Positions 22,200-35,149 of a stretch of 64,000 bases of DNA are shown here, in pieces; within the stretch, counting starts at the first letter, position 1; each line of letters starts with the position of its first letter. The notes under the pieces are model-generated. The model searched no databases, was not told the origin of the DNA, and was given only the letters and a program-made list of their open reading frames with translations. The position numbers and the translations under genes were made by a program. Source of the DNA: Moniliella sp. 'wahieum' (taxonomy: Eukaryota); assembly GCA_003971905.1 (NCBI GenBank), contig RSEE01000055.1:1-64000 (forward strand). The letters are read 5' to 3'.

Positions 22200-24550
22200 C
22201 TCAAGCAGACCGCTCCATCTATATGCTGCGCAGGCTACATCGCCGCGCACGCCAAGGCCGTTTTTGTACGGTCGTAAGTATGCACCCACTGCAGAGCGAG
22301 CTACACCGTGGGCTACTATAGGAGACGATGGATGGGCCATGGAAGATGGGAGGTGACAAAACCACGACAATTAAAGCTCGGTCCTCCTGTTGTGCTTCTC
22401 CATCTATCCTCCCAGTATCTCTCAGCTAAGTCCCTGTCTCCCGCACCTCCCACAATCCCATCCACGACGCCTCCCTTACACTTTGGCCTCTTCAGCATCC
22501 CTATACAATACATACTAATAGTTATGGCATGCGTAAGAAGTGGAAGAAGAATGGGTTTGGACTATTACTGCTCCAGAACTCCGCCGAAGCCAGCAATGCA
22601 TCTCAAAGCGAGACGTGATTGAACACATCAATGCGTTCGATTAACCTTCACTTCGCTCCTCGATACCCGCAGCCAAACGATCGGGATCCACTCGGCGACA
22701 GATTGGTCGCCAGTTCCGTACCCTGCGCCGTGCCAAAAGCGCAGCAAGTATATACAGGTGTGGTCTGATCCGTCATCGGTTCAGCACATCCTGGTTTGCC
22801 CACGCACGGAGTCCATGGTGCCCTTAGTGCATGAAAAGAGGTTATGTGCGCTCCATCCCGGACCCTTACTCATTTTCACCGAGTCGACCGCGGAGGAAGA
22901 GAACGAGACGAACGGCGGGGAAGGAAGGTGAGGCGTACGGTGTTTCCGAGAAATGGGACGCAAGAGAGACCGTCCCCGGCCGAAAGCACGAACGGCTTCA
23001 GTCACATTACCCCCGCCCACAATTTGGTGCCTACACAGCCTTTCCACACAAGCAGCTGTCTCTGCTATTCAGCATCGAGAGGCCATAGCGAATTCTCTCA
23101 CAAAGTCAGCGAATTATAGGAAAACGAGGAAGTGCTATCGGATGATATTCTTAGTGCCTTCTCGCAGCCTTCGCTTGCTTCTGTTGGAGGTAGTGTGGGG
23201 TTCCCCTACACGGCCCTCAGTGGATCGGTAAGGCTCGCTTAGCCGGTGGGAAGAGTTCCGCTCGCAGGCCGCGCACGCCCTGCTCGATCCATCTCCCTTC
23301 TCTCTCCTGTCTCCTTCCCTTCAGATGTTGCTTGAAGACTTTTGTGGCTCACCACTTTGCCATCACTCCTTGTCTGAAGGCTGCTTTGCAGCTGATCTGT
23401 AGGATAGCGAGTGCTTCCAAGTCGCACTCGTGCCGCGTCGTCTGCTTCGCTCTGTCAAAAACATCTATGCCACAGTATGGGGCTAGACAGGAGGGAGTTA
23501 CCAAAAATGGGTCCACCAACAGTCAGCATCCTCGATCAATGGGATGCTTTATCCCACCTTCCATTCTCGTCCCTTCTCGCCTTCTTGTCCAACTCCTGAC
23601 ATTTCCAGCCAATTGATTGAGTAATACAGGCAACCTGTCGTCGCCACATAGCTGCCTCATCTTCATCATCCAACCTCGTCCTCCAGCTTTGCATCCGCCC
23701 AGTCGCGCGAGCCTTCCTTCAGCGGCATCGATTCCCTTACCACACAGCATATCGCGTGGGTTCCTTTCACAGCTACGTTGACAGCTGCCCCTGCCCAGCT
23801 TCAGCCCGGCAGTGTTTGTCCTCCACTGCAGCTACCCGTCCCTAAGTCCCGGAGGCTTCAGACACGTTACTATGGCCCAAGCCGCTGCAGACACAGCCTT
23901 GCCACACGTGCCGCCGCTCCACCAAAGGCCTCTCCTCGTCGCTAGCTCCATTCGGATCCACCAACTATAGCCCAAGCCCGAAACTCCGTGAGTATAGACC
24001 TCTATAGTAGGGACATGTGCGTATATACTTTTGGTTTGGAGAGATGGGTATATTGGAGGAGGCGCTCTTCATTGTGCTCAAGCGAATCTGCCGTCTAGCC
24101 GGTTGTCGTTGTGGCTCGGAGCCTCGCTCGAACCTTGGATGTCTATAGCTACAGTATTACTGTTATATGTTCTTGGTTCGCCCCGACGGAGAACGAAGTC
24201 ACAGGAGATGGAGATGGGGGAAAGGATGAGGATCATTTTCCTCGAGTAGACAGAGAGCGAAGGTAGATATGTCTCGAGAAGAAGAGAACATGCGAGCTAA
24301 GTCACAGGAGGAAAAGAGGGAGCAATCCAAAGGGGGAAAACAGAGTCTAGAACAAATCAAGGGGGGCAGACAACTTGGTGACAAAAGGTGATCAAGTGAG
24401 TCTGATCCCGAAAACGAAGGGTAGGTTTACTCTTGGCTCTCCGGTTCGGCATGGGTCGCTTCACTACCTCAGAGGAGTCGACTTGGTGGCGGATCGATTA
24501 TTGCCCTTTGGTATATGGAGAAGTGGGGTGAAGACATGTCCCCGCGCGTG
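22200..24550 (+). mobile_element. Degenerate DIRS/Ngaro-like tyrosine-recombinase retroelement (RT/RNase H then YR remnants)
   Basis: Lower-GC island with collinear decayed motifs: RLHR..FLYGRK (RT C-terminus), KSLSPAP..DAS/LHFGL...KKWKKNG..NSAEA (RNase H-like, ~22430-22590), LKTFVAH (~23335), PPTVSIL, LQLPVPKS (~23830), IGGGALHCAQANLP...WMSIA..LY (~24050-24170), and a second RHGSLHYLRGVD...FGIWRS (~24445-24525). All matches judged by eye. Confidence 0.45.
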
Positions 24551-24718
24551 CCGGGAGAGAGTTCGAGGGGCGAATGCCTATGGATGTGTTTTTGTTAGGT
24601 CTTGGAGGGTGAGAGGAAGATAACATGTGATCAGCTCAAGACAATGAGATCTGAGAGGCAATCTTGAAAGGTACGCACGGAGGAGTTAAGCCACTGAAGT
24701 GCAAGAAAAAAAAAAAAA

Positions 24719-24801
24719 CGCCCCACGTGGGACTCGAACCCACAACCGTGAGATGGATCTCGATGTAAGAGTCTCAAATTCTACCGATTGAAATAGCGAG
24801 C
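24719..24801 (-). tRNA. tRNA-Lys(CTT) with 11-nt intron (24755-24765); atypical acceptor and D stems
   Basis: Anticodon arm TGAGA-CTCTTA[intron]A-TCTCA; T-arm GTGGG-TTCGAGT-CCCAC; 3' GTGGGGCG; long T-run terminator. The 5' acceptor strand has only 6 nt (GCTCGC) and the D stem is TTTC/GAAT. Confidence 0.85.
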
Positions 24802-26094
24802 TAGTGATACCTGAGAAGCGTAGCTGAATCTGCTGTTATACGAGCTATCGAAGAAGATGGCGATGAGATGAGCGGTAGCCGGTAGCTCGGGAAAAGACTA
24901 AATTGTCCAACAATAGCCTGTTCTGCACCACCGCGTCTTCCCTTCTGTTTTTCCCTTCAGATGTGCGGCAGGAGCTTGCCCACGCCGCGTTGGAGTGGCA
25001 CTAGCTGGCACACCGGCTTATTTGGCTTGTTCTACGGTGCAATTTTCCTCTGGCTAACCGTGTTCGTACGTTGGTGAATCACGGCGCCACGCGCGCCATT
25101 TCATAATTCGAAAGTTGCAGCGGTGCGTTTGTGTGTGGCGTTGCGCCTGAGCAGCGTTCGCGAGCGGGGTCCACGCGCAGTCCAAGCCAGTTGTTCGGTT
25201 TCCACGTTTCCAGTTCACATGTTCACACCCTTGGAAGAGCTGGCACTCGCATTACCGCTCGGGGATGCATGGAGCAAGGATGGCCCGATGATCGAGGGCC
25301 CCCGTTGGATGTGTGGATTGCCAAACGCAGCCCGTGGGAGGCAAGGCCGTGGATGCATGCCCCAGACGGGGCGCATGCGGACGGCATGGCAGCCATCCCA
25401 GTCAAAGCCTGTTCGGAGCGCGCGAGCCGAGAGCGGGCGGGCGGGCACGCCAACTTTCAAGCGACGGCCGGCGGGGCGGAATTGGGTGGCTGGGATCGAA
25501 GCGGACGCATTCAACGTGCACGCTGCACGTGGCACGTACAGGCCGGACACAGCTGCCGTGCGGACGGGGCGTGCGTGGGCGCGTGTGCCTGGGGGCAGGG
25601 GCGGTGGCGGGCAGGCGGGCGGGCCGAGAGTGGCGAGGTGCGCGGGGTGCAGGCGTGCGACCGGGCGCCCGACACGTGACGCCTGAAAGCAGAAACTGCG
25701 GCGCGGCGCCACACGCGGCGGGGGCGCGGGGGCAGTGCGCAGCGGCAGCAGCGCAGCAGGCGGCGGCTGCAGGGGGGGCGCGGCTGGGCGGCTGACGCAG
25801 ACGCGTGATGTGATGTGTGTTGGGCGCTGAGGCGACGTCAGCGGTGGGGACGGTGAGGGGGCGTCCGGCGGACGCGTAGTAGCAGGCAGCCGAGGCGGCT
25901 CCACCTGGTTCCGCCCCTCTGCTCTGCGCTGCTCCGCTCTCCTGGGCGCCGCCACCACCACCACGTCCATCACCACCACCACCACCACCACCACCACGTC
26001 CACCACCACCACCGCCCCTCCCTCTCTGCCCCCTCCACCACCCGCTGCCTGCCTGCCTGCGCTGCCCGCCCCGCCACGCGTCGTGCGCCCCGCC

Positions 26095-29000
26095 ATGGCC
26101 ATCTTTGGCAAGCGCTCCAAGGACAAGGCTGCGGATGCGCACACGCCCTCTGCCCCCAAGAATCCCTTTGGCATCCGCACCCGCAAGCAGAGCGAAGACT
26201 CCTCCTCCCATCCCCGCCTCCCCCCGCCCCGCCCTCCTTCCCCGACCTCACCGCTCCCACGCCCATGGCTCAGGCCCACGCCGCCCAGGCCCAAGCCCAA
26301 GCCCAAGCCCAGGCCCAGGCTCAAGCCCAGGCACAGGCTCAAGCCCAAGCCAGGCTCAAGCACAAGCACAGGCCACACCAACGCTCCCTCCCAGGACATG
26401 GCCATCCTCGCCTCCCCGCCCCCCTCTCATGCCACCCTGGGCGGATGGGGGGGGTGGGGCCCGAGCCCACCTCCCCTCTGGGCCAGGGCCCCAAGAACAT
26501 GGCCATGCAGCTGCAGCTGCAGCAACAGCAACAGTCGCAGCCCCACGCCATCGACAGCACCCTGTCGCCTATCCCTGGAGTCTCCGCCAGCTGTCCGTTA
26601 ATCCCCCCTCCTTCTCGACCCCTTGCAGCATACGCTTGTTCCCAGCCCAGCCCCTTCCCCAGGTACGGCCTGACAGCCAACCAGATGGCCAGTGCACACG
26701 GAGAGGTGTACGTGTTTGGCGGCCTCGTATCCGAGGCTGTCAATAACGATTTGTACATTATCAATGTGGAGCAGGTCATGCAACTCCTTCGCTGCCCGTC
26801 TCATCAGCCACAACCGTTGTCCCTCCAGCCGGTTCAGGGCGGCGTTGCTGCGACCCAAGTCCAGTCTTCGGGTGACGTCCCTCCCGCGCGCGTGGGGCAT
26901 GCGACGGTGCTGGTGGCCAATGTGCTCATCCTCTGGGGCGGCGACACTAAGGTGGCCGCCGACGATGTGCAGGACCAAGGGCTGTATCTGCTCAACCTGA
27001 CCAATCGCGAATGGACGCGTGTGGCCAGTTCTGCTTCCGACCCGGATGCCTGCCCTGTGGGGCGGTATGGCCACACGCCTCCGTAGTGGGCAACAAGGTG
27101 ATGTTTTGGAGGCCAAGTGGATGGACTTTCCTCAACGACCTTTGGAGCTTTGACTTGACGACGCTCAAAAGTAGCCCCCGATGGGAACGGATCGTGCCGC
27201 AGTCGGAGGGCATGCGCGGACGGGGGCGTCGGTCACGTACCAGACAATCTATATTTTGGCGGTACCGACGGCCAGTACCACTACAAGGATACGTGGGTAT
27301 ACGATGTGCCGAGCAACACCTGGTCCGAGGTCTCGTGCATTGGCTACATCCCCAACCCGCGCGAGGGCCACGCTGCATGTTTGATGGGCGATGTCATGTA
27401 CGTCTTTGGCGGCCGCGGTGTGGACGGCAAAGACTTGGGCGATCTGTCCAGCTTCAAGATCTCCAACAGCCGGTGGTACATGTTTGCCAACATGGGCCCC
27501 GCTCCCTCGGGCCGGTCGGGCCACGTGATGACAACGTACCAGGACAAGATTGTCGTCTTGGGCGGCGAGTCCTTCACGGGCGGAAAGGCGGACAATCCCA
27601 ACGTTGTTCATGTGCTGGACACGGGGCGGGTCAGGTACCCGTCCGAAACGTCCAAGTCGCCTCCGACCCTGCTGCTTCCCAAACGGGGCCCGCGCCCGCG
27701 GGCACAAGCATGCCTCCCCCGCGGCCCGGGCCCAGTCCGCCCAATGTGCTGGGGCGTGACGAATGGGAGGATGACCAGCCCCCCTCCCGCGCCCCGCGTG
27801 GCCAGTCCTCCCCCAGCCCAACGGCTCGCCAGCCCGCCTCCCGACGGGTGGCCAGTCCTGGCCAAGCTGGGCTGGCTGGGACCGGGCCGAAGGAGAATGC
27901 GGCGTCCGACTGGCCCAGCCGGACCGTGTCCCCTCCTACTGCTGCCTCTGGGTCCGGGAGCAATGGTCATTTCGCTGGCGCAACGACGGGCCGGACCAAA
28001 GGTCCGTCGACTCGTCCGTAGTGAGTTATGCCTCTCGCACTGCCTCTCCTCACGCCGCCACCTCGACCCCAGCCACGACGACCGCTGCGCATACTACTGG
28101 CGCGCAGCACATCTCTTCCCCGGTCTGCCCACCGGCTCCTCTCCGACAACCCCTCTCACCGCATCGGCATCGGCGTTCGCACCGGCCCGCGCGCTCGGCG
28201 CGGATCAAAACGTCCAACGACAGCTTGGCGGACGAACGTCGCCTGCAAAGTCCTACCGCCCGACGCTCCACAAACGACAAACCGGCGCATGCAGCCAGCG
28301 CATCGGCCACCGGCGTGCTGACCGCATCTTCTCTCCCCCTCGGCGCAGGGGGGCGAGATCCCTTCGCCTGTGTCGGCCCGCTCTGCCCCGGCTCCCACCC
28401 GGTCTTCGCCTACTGCCGAGGTGGAGGCACTGCGCAAGCGCGAGACGTGGCTCAAGACAGCGTTGGCGGTGGCGATCAAAAGGGGTTCATCTCCTCTGAC
28501 ACGTGCCCGATGCACCCGACCCCGCTGCCCTTCCTGATCTGGCCAATATCGATCCCGGTCCCAAGGCTCAGACAAGGCGCAGATCCTACAGGGTCTGCTC
28601 ACCCTCAAAACCCAGCTGGCCCAAGCACAGGTACGTGTTGTCTTTCCTGGTTTCTCTACCTCTTCTTTTCTTTCTCCCTCCCTCCCTCTCTCTTCGGGGC
28701 GGCGTACTAACCTTGTCGGGCGCAGAGTACGATTGCCGCCCAGGCCGCGGGTGGAAAGCGAGACGGTGGCCGGGGCGGAGGCGAGCCGTGTGGCGGCGCT
28801 GTGAAAGAGGCGGCGTGGTACCGATCCAAGCTGACGCGTACGAGCGGGGCCATCGGTCCGAGGTGGCGCAGTTGGAGCGGGAACGAACGACGCGTTGGAG
28901 TCGCACCTGACGCGGGCGTTGGAGGACAAGGTGGCGCTGGAGCGTCAATTGGCCTCGCTGCGCGAAGAGGCCAAGTTAGAAACCTTGTTGCGCGTCTCGA

Positions 29001-30692
29001 CCAACGAGCGGCTGGGGCAGACGAGCCAGCGCGCGATGGCCGCCGAGCAAGCGCAGCTGCAAGTCCACGAGCAGATTGCCGAGATGCAAAAGCGTGCGTA
29101 TGCCGCAGAGAGTGCGCTGCGAGAGCAGACGGAGCGCGCGGTGACGCTCAGTGCGTTGCTGGACCAGGAACGGGCGGAGCATAGCCAGACGCGCAGCGCG
29201 CGGGACGACGCCACGCACCTAACCAGCGTCCAGGGCGACAGCCCTGCAGCTCCGTGCTGCGCTCAGCGCACCAGTGCCCGTGGCGGAAGAACACCAGCGG
29301 CTCTATGTCCAGCACCGCGACCTGGCCCAGACCCATCAGCAGAGCCTCAGCACGCTTCAGGCGCAGCTGGACCAGCGCGCGCACGACGCGCAGCTGGCCG
29401 ACCAGCGCATCTCGGAAACTGGAGCGCTTGCTCGCTGCCGCCGAGGCTGAAGCGACGGCGCACCGCCTGGCCAGTGCCACGGGGCTGAGCCAAGTGCTGC
29501 AAACGAGGGACGTGGTCGCGCAGCGGGCGGCCGGGAACGCGGTGCCGCCCGAAGTGGAAGAGAAGCTGCATACGCTGGAGGAAGAGGTAGGGTCGTTGCA
29601 GGAGATGCATGTTGCCTCTCGTCGCGCTGGGACGAGGCAACAGGCGAATTGGTGCTGGTGCGCGATCGCAATATGGCCCTGGAAAAGCAGCATGCCGGAC
29701 TGCAATCGGAGCTGGACGTGGTGCGTGCCCAGCTGGCGATTGCGCTCCAAGAGCTGGCCAGGCTGAAGGATAAAGCTGCGACCAAGGCAGTCGAGCTACG
29801 CCAGACGGCACGCAAAGCCGAAGGCAGCCAGATCAAACTCGCGTTGCTCCGGCAGCACATGGCGCAGCACGGTCTGCCTTCCCCGTCGGACGATGACGCG
29901 GGTCCGAAGGCACGGTCGAGGCGCAGCTGCTTGCGCTGCAGCGCGAGGCTGACGAGGACGCGTGTCGCGACCGAGATGCGCAACCAGCTTGCCGATGCCA
30001 ATGTGCGCATCGATACGTTGCAGCGCGAGCTTGCGCACGGGGCGGACCCAGCAGTGCTGGACGAGGCGGTGCGCAGGGCGGAGCGCAGCGAGCGCGAGTT
30101 AACCGAGTCGACGCAATCCTACAAGGACCGCATGGCGCAGTTGGAGAACGACTATTATGCTGCGGTTTCCTTTGTCAAGGGTGCGAGAAGATGCTGCGGA
30201 CGATGCGGTCGGAACTGGGCGCGGAGCAAGCAGGAGAATGGGCAGCTGCAGGAGCAGCTGGAGCAGCTCAAGACCCTGGCACCTGACGCGCCCCGACTGG
30301 CTCGGGGGCAGGCGAGGGTGAAGGCGAAGGCGAAGGCGAGGACGAGGGAAAGCGACAGGACTTGGCGGTGCTCGAGGCGCGGCTGGCGTCGCTCTCGTCA
30401 GCTCACCAGGAGGTGACGACGGAGAACCGCGAGTTGGAGCCGATTGGCTGTGCTCATCTCGGAGCAGAAGGAGGCGTACGACCGCCACCGCGCCCACCTC
30501 GATGCCGCGACGAGGCCGGGCGGGGGCAAGGGCTGGAGGGTCAGCTGGCGTCGCTGGAGGATGCACTGGCGGCGACGCGGCAGGAACTGCAGAGCACCTT
30601 GCGCTCAACCAACACCTCACCGCGAGCTCGCTGGCAGCTCGGCGGCATCGGCGCCCGCCAGGACCGTTTCTCCCCTGGCGGGGACATACTAA
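26095..30692 (+). CDS. TEA1: Kelch-repeat / coiled-coil cell-polarity protein (Tea1/Kel1 family); intron 28631-28725
   Basis: YPWS...PSPFPRYG...VYVFGGLV...NDLY; PPARVGHATVLVANVLILWGGDTK; LYLLNLTNREWTRV; GRYGH; PNPREGHAA..MYVFGGRG; PSGRSGH; long C-terminal coiled coil (QLENDYYAAVSFVKG); TACTAAC branch in the intron. Confidence 0.92.
26281..26375 (+). repeat. Hexamer coding repeat (GCCCAA/GCCCAG) giving a poly-AQ tract
   Basis: AQAQAQAQAQ... in ORF 26265. Confidence 0.8.
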
Positions 30693-31553
30693 TGGCGTCA
30701 TACCCCTCCTGGATGGCCATCGACACGCGTCTTGCTATCTACTTCTCGCTTCGTACTCCTCCTGCCTCTTCTCTCCCTCCCTCCACCTCTTTCCGCTCTG
30801 CCGCACGGCTGCCCGCACTCTCTATCCAGATGCAGCGTGATACCTTCGCTTGCCACATGCCATCCATCTGGGCCTGTTGGTGGCCCTCCTGTGGGCGGGG
30901 CCGGTCCCCGGCTTCTCCAATGTCCCTTGTCCAAAGTTTGTTGGATCTTGTCTTTTGCCTTTTGTTGGCCCATGGACGCGGCGTGGGTGCTTGCGGTGCG
31001 CGAGCTGGTACCTGGCCAGCCTGTGGACCGAGCGCCCTCCTTTGCTCCTCCACTCCTCCACTCCTTCGCTCCTTCGCTCCTTCCTGCTTCTGCTCCTGAC
31101 GACGAACCGACCTCGACTGTGAGTGGCCAATACGTCCATACCCTTGCTCGCTCTCTCATCCCCCTCGCTGGCCCAGCTAGCGCAGCGCGAATCGGACGTA
31201 GTCGGACGTAGCGTGTCGTAGAAAACGGGTGGATGGCTTGCCCGGCACGAGGGAGTACTGTGGGCAGCACCGAGGATGGATGATTCGTAGGCCAGCCAGT
31301 CGAGGTAGTTTGAGAAGTACTCACGCGCAGCATGCTGGGCCCTGGGCGGGTTAGGGTTATCCGTTACGCTGGGCCGCCCCCAGCGTTGGTTGGTCGCGTC
31401 GTGTTTCTCCATCTCCTCCAATCCTAAGCTCCTCGGACTCACCTTAACCACTCGCCACTCGCCACTCGCCACCGCCCATGCCGCCCACCAAGCTCGGACG
31501 ACCATCGCAGCCATCTAAGCTGCGGCAGTCCCATACCTAGTACGTCCCTGGAA

Positions 31554-32850
31554 ATGCCTTGCCTTCCTCTCCAGAGTACTCACCCACCTCCCTTGCCACC
31601 CACCAGCGAGGGGGAGGAACAAGACCAAGCGCAATCCCCAGACCAAGACCAATCCCAAGACCAAGACCAAGACCAAGACCAAAACTCTGACCAAGATCAA
31701 GACCAAGACCAAGATGTGGGCAGCCCGCGCTCCCCGTCCCGCTCCTCCGACAAGGACATGGACGAGCCTACGCAGACGAAGAGGATGGGGAGATGGTGTA
31801 CGAGGGGGAGGAGGATGAGTTGGACGGAAGCGAATCTGCGTCGGATGAGACGAGCAAGCGATCGCCCTCATTCAAGGTCAAGGTCAAGCGGAGCACGCCT
31901 ACACCTACGCCTACGCCCATGCCCGCCCCCGCACCTGCACGAAAGAGCTTCCGAAATATCGGTCGAAGGGCAAGAGCCCGGTGTCCAAGAGGAAGGCAGG
32001 AAACAAGGTAGGTCGCGCAGCCAGTTGATCGATATGCGCGAGCACCGAGCACTGACCTTTTGTCCGTTTTGTCCGTTTTGTCCGTGTTGGCCGTTTTGTC
32101 TCAGATGAGGACGAGTCGGACTTTGATTCGGACGAGGAGGGGGAAGTTTCCTTCTCGACGCACAAGACGGCGCGTCAGTTGGCTGCAGGCAAACGAGGGC
32201 AGGCAGGGACGGAGGATCTGCATGAGCTGGGGCGGGTGGAGAAGAAGTCCAAGTACGATGGTCTGACCGAATCGGAAATTGCGCTGCGGAGGGAAGAGAA
32301 TGCGCGACGGAGAAAGAACCAGACCGACCAGCGGCTGGAGGAGGAGAAACAAGAGGTACGTCGTTCACGTTCACGCTCACGTTCACGTTATCTTGCGTGG
32401 CGCCCGGGCTCGCTAGGATTAGTGACTTTGGAGTGCTGATGCCTGTCGGGACGCATGATACCAGACCATCAACCGTCTCCTCAACAAACAAGTGTCGCGC
32501 TCGCGCAACAAACTCGGAGAGGGCTCGGGAGACGAGGGCGAGTCGCCTGGCCCCGAGTCGCGCGCGTCGTTGAAGGCCCGCACGCCATGCCGCCTCCCAC
32601 TCACATGTTCCGCTACTCTCCAGGAGGGGGCGGGCTGAGCTGCCGCTGCCGCCGCCGAGGCGGGAGGGAGAGTGGATGACTATGCTGCCGCTGGGCTGCG
32701 GTGTTTGAGCAGCGCCGTCCGGCCCCGGCCGAGTCGACGTAAGAGACAGGACAAAAGGATGCTCGATGATCGATGCGGATGGACTGATGGTGGGAAGAGT
32801 TGGGGGCAGCGCCATGGGGAGCAGGGCAGATTGCAGGAGCCCCTGTTAAT
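31554..32850 (+). CDS. IES2: INO80 complex subunit Ies2 (PAPA-1 domain); introns 32008-32104 and 32356-32464
   Basis: LTESEIALRREENARRRKNQTDQRLEEEKQE|TINRLLNKQVSRSRNK after splicing; acidic N-terminus with a DQ repeat. 3' end approximate. Confidence 0.85.
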
Positions 32851-33027
32851 TCCGCCTCTGAGCGCAACGCCAGTCGACACAATAGATTCGAGTGCGAGAT
32901 CGAGCAAAATACTTTTTTTGGCTGGCTTATTATGACGGGGCCTGCCGATTGGCGTGGGACGGATCGGGGTGCCGGTGGCCAAAACGCTCAACGTTCAACT
33001 GAACGCCGCGCCATCGACGCCGCAACC

Positions 33028-35021
33028 ATGTTGCCGTCGCTCCCAGCCATCACGGCGGCTGGTTTGGGCCGCCCGAAGCGCACTCGCGCCGGTTGGTCTG
33101 CGGCATGGGCGGCTTGGCCTGCGACTGCGTCCGCCGGGACTGGGGATTGGGAGCGCAAGGCCGCTACGGCGCCTGGCCAGCACAGCGAGCAGCAAGCCCG
33201 CCACGGCGAGCAGCGACCCCAGTCCTAGTCCCACTCCAACTCCCAGCCCACTCCCGCCCCCGCCTCCGCCCCCGGCTTGGTGAGTGGCGTGGGACCACTG
33301 CACTCCAAGACGGGGCTCTTGCTTCGTTGCACCATCTTTGACCGCAACGGCACGGGCGTGTGGTCAGTGGCACCTTTGACAAGTCCGCGCTGGTGCAGAG
33401 CATGGGCTGGAGGTGCGGGACCTGCGTAAAATCGATTCGCGCGTGCCTAACGTTGTCCCCACCATCCTCGCTCGTCGCGGCACGTTCATGGTCAATGTGC
33501 TGCACATCCGCGCGCTCGTCAAGCACGACACGGTCCTGCTTTTGATGGGTACGTTTCTTTGTTTGTTTTGCTTTTGTACATCCTGGTGGGCGTGCTGTAG
33601 CTGACGCGGCAAGGGCAGGTACGGCGCATCGAATACTCAACTACACAGTGCGTTTGTGTACAATCTCGAGCACAACCTCCGTCTCTCCAAAGTCCGGCAT
33701 GCGGGGAACGGGTTACGGAAGATTTGCCGTACGAGTTTCGTGCGCTCGAGGCCATCTTGGCCAGTGTTCTGAAGCTCTGCACATTGAGCTCGAGGGGATT
33801 CGCCAACTCGTCTTTTCTCTCTCTTCCCTCGACCAAAACATTGATCGTGAAAAGTTGAGGGCACTGTTGGCGTACCGGCGCAAAGTGGGCGACCTCTTGT
33901 CCCGGGGGCGTCAAGGGAGCTGTGGCTGAGGTGTTAGAGAGCGACGAGGATATGGCTTGATGCATCTACGGATGCGGCCCATGGTCACCCTCGTACAGCT
34001 CAAAGTTTGGCGTGGCAATACGACTCGCTCGAACTGCTGCTCGAGTCGTTTGACAAGCAGCTGGAAGAAGTCATTAGCTATACCGAGCAGATGCAGGACA
34101 ACATTGGTGGGACGCAGGAAATTGTGGAACTCATCCTGGACTCGAACCGCAACCAGCTGCTCGCACTCGAATTGCACGTATCGATTGCCACGCTCGGCTT
34201 TACCGGGGGTGCGCTGATCGCCTCGTTCTTTGGCATGAACCTATACACGGGCTTGGAGGAGAACGCGATTGCGTTTGTCACGGTCAGTGCCTCCTCCCTT
34301 TTGGTCGTCGGCTTGTCTCCATGGCTGGGATACGGAAGATCAGCAAGATTCAGCGGGTCGGACTGGGCAGTGCGCGTCGTTCACCACTGCTCTTGCCCGT
34401 GATGAGACTGCAATCGTCCCAGATCCCTGGTCCCACACGGCGGTGGCACAAAATGCAGCGGCCGGCTACGCTGCCGGTGGGCCCAACCCGTTCCTGAACT
34501 CGTCTCTGACCGGCGCGGCCCCTGCGGCGTCGGCCCCTGCGGCGTCTGCTACAGTTGGCGAGCCGAGCGGATCCAAGCCCACCTTCTCCTCCCACGTCCA
34601 CTTTGCTTGGCCACATGGATACGCCTACAGCCCCCAGTCCCGAGGAGGGTGGTGGCACCGCATCCGTTCTCGATTGCCGCGGGGTCGCTCCCCTCATACG
34701 CCGGTACCGCGCCCGGCGGGATGGATAGGTGTGCCTACCAGCCCGTCGTTCCGCCTTCCACGCCGGTCTCGTCCGAGCTGGGGCGCCAAGGCATGGATCA
34801 AGACGTTGTTGTTTGGCCCGAGCCGCCCACAGAGAGAACACGCCGCTGGCGCCTTCGGATGCATGGGCCACCACCTACCCTGGCCCGCTCAGTCGTCCCG
34901 ATTGGGTTCCGGAGTATTCCCCCGACTTGATTGGAGCCGGGTACAGCTCGAATCGGTGGGGAAGTTCGCGTGCGTCCAAGCGGGCGGCAGCGAACGAGCG
35001 GCAGCACGGACACGATGGTAA
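33028..35021 (+). CDS. MRS2: Mitochondrial CorA-family Mg2+ channel (Mrs2/Lpe10); intron 33549-33618
   Basis: HGLEVRDLRKIDSRVPNVVPTILAR..VNVLHIRALVKHDTVLL; LPYEFRALEAIL; ELLLESF; ILDSNRNQLLALEL; FFGMNL (GMN motif); Arg-rich leader. 3' end uncertain. Confidence 0.92.
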
Positions 35022-35149
35022 GTAGCCCCCACCCCTCTTTTTGGCATTGTCTCGATCTGTATACTGCACATGCACATGTATATCCTCATAACCCCAATGC
35101 TACTCCTGCTGTACCTTTCCACCGCTGTGTATGCAACTGTTCAGACACA

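Noticed and set aside
30700..31500. ORFs between Tea1 and Ies2
   Set aside because: No recognisable domain or splice structure; likely UTR and promoter.
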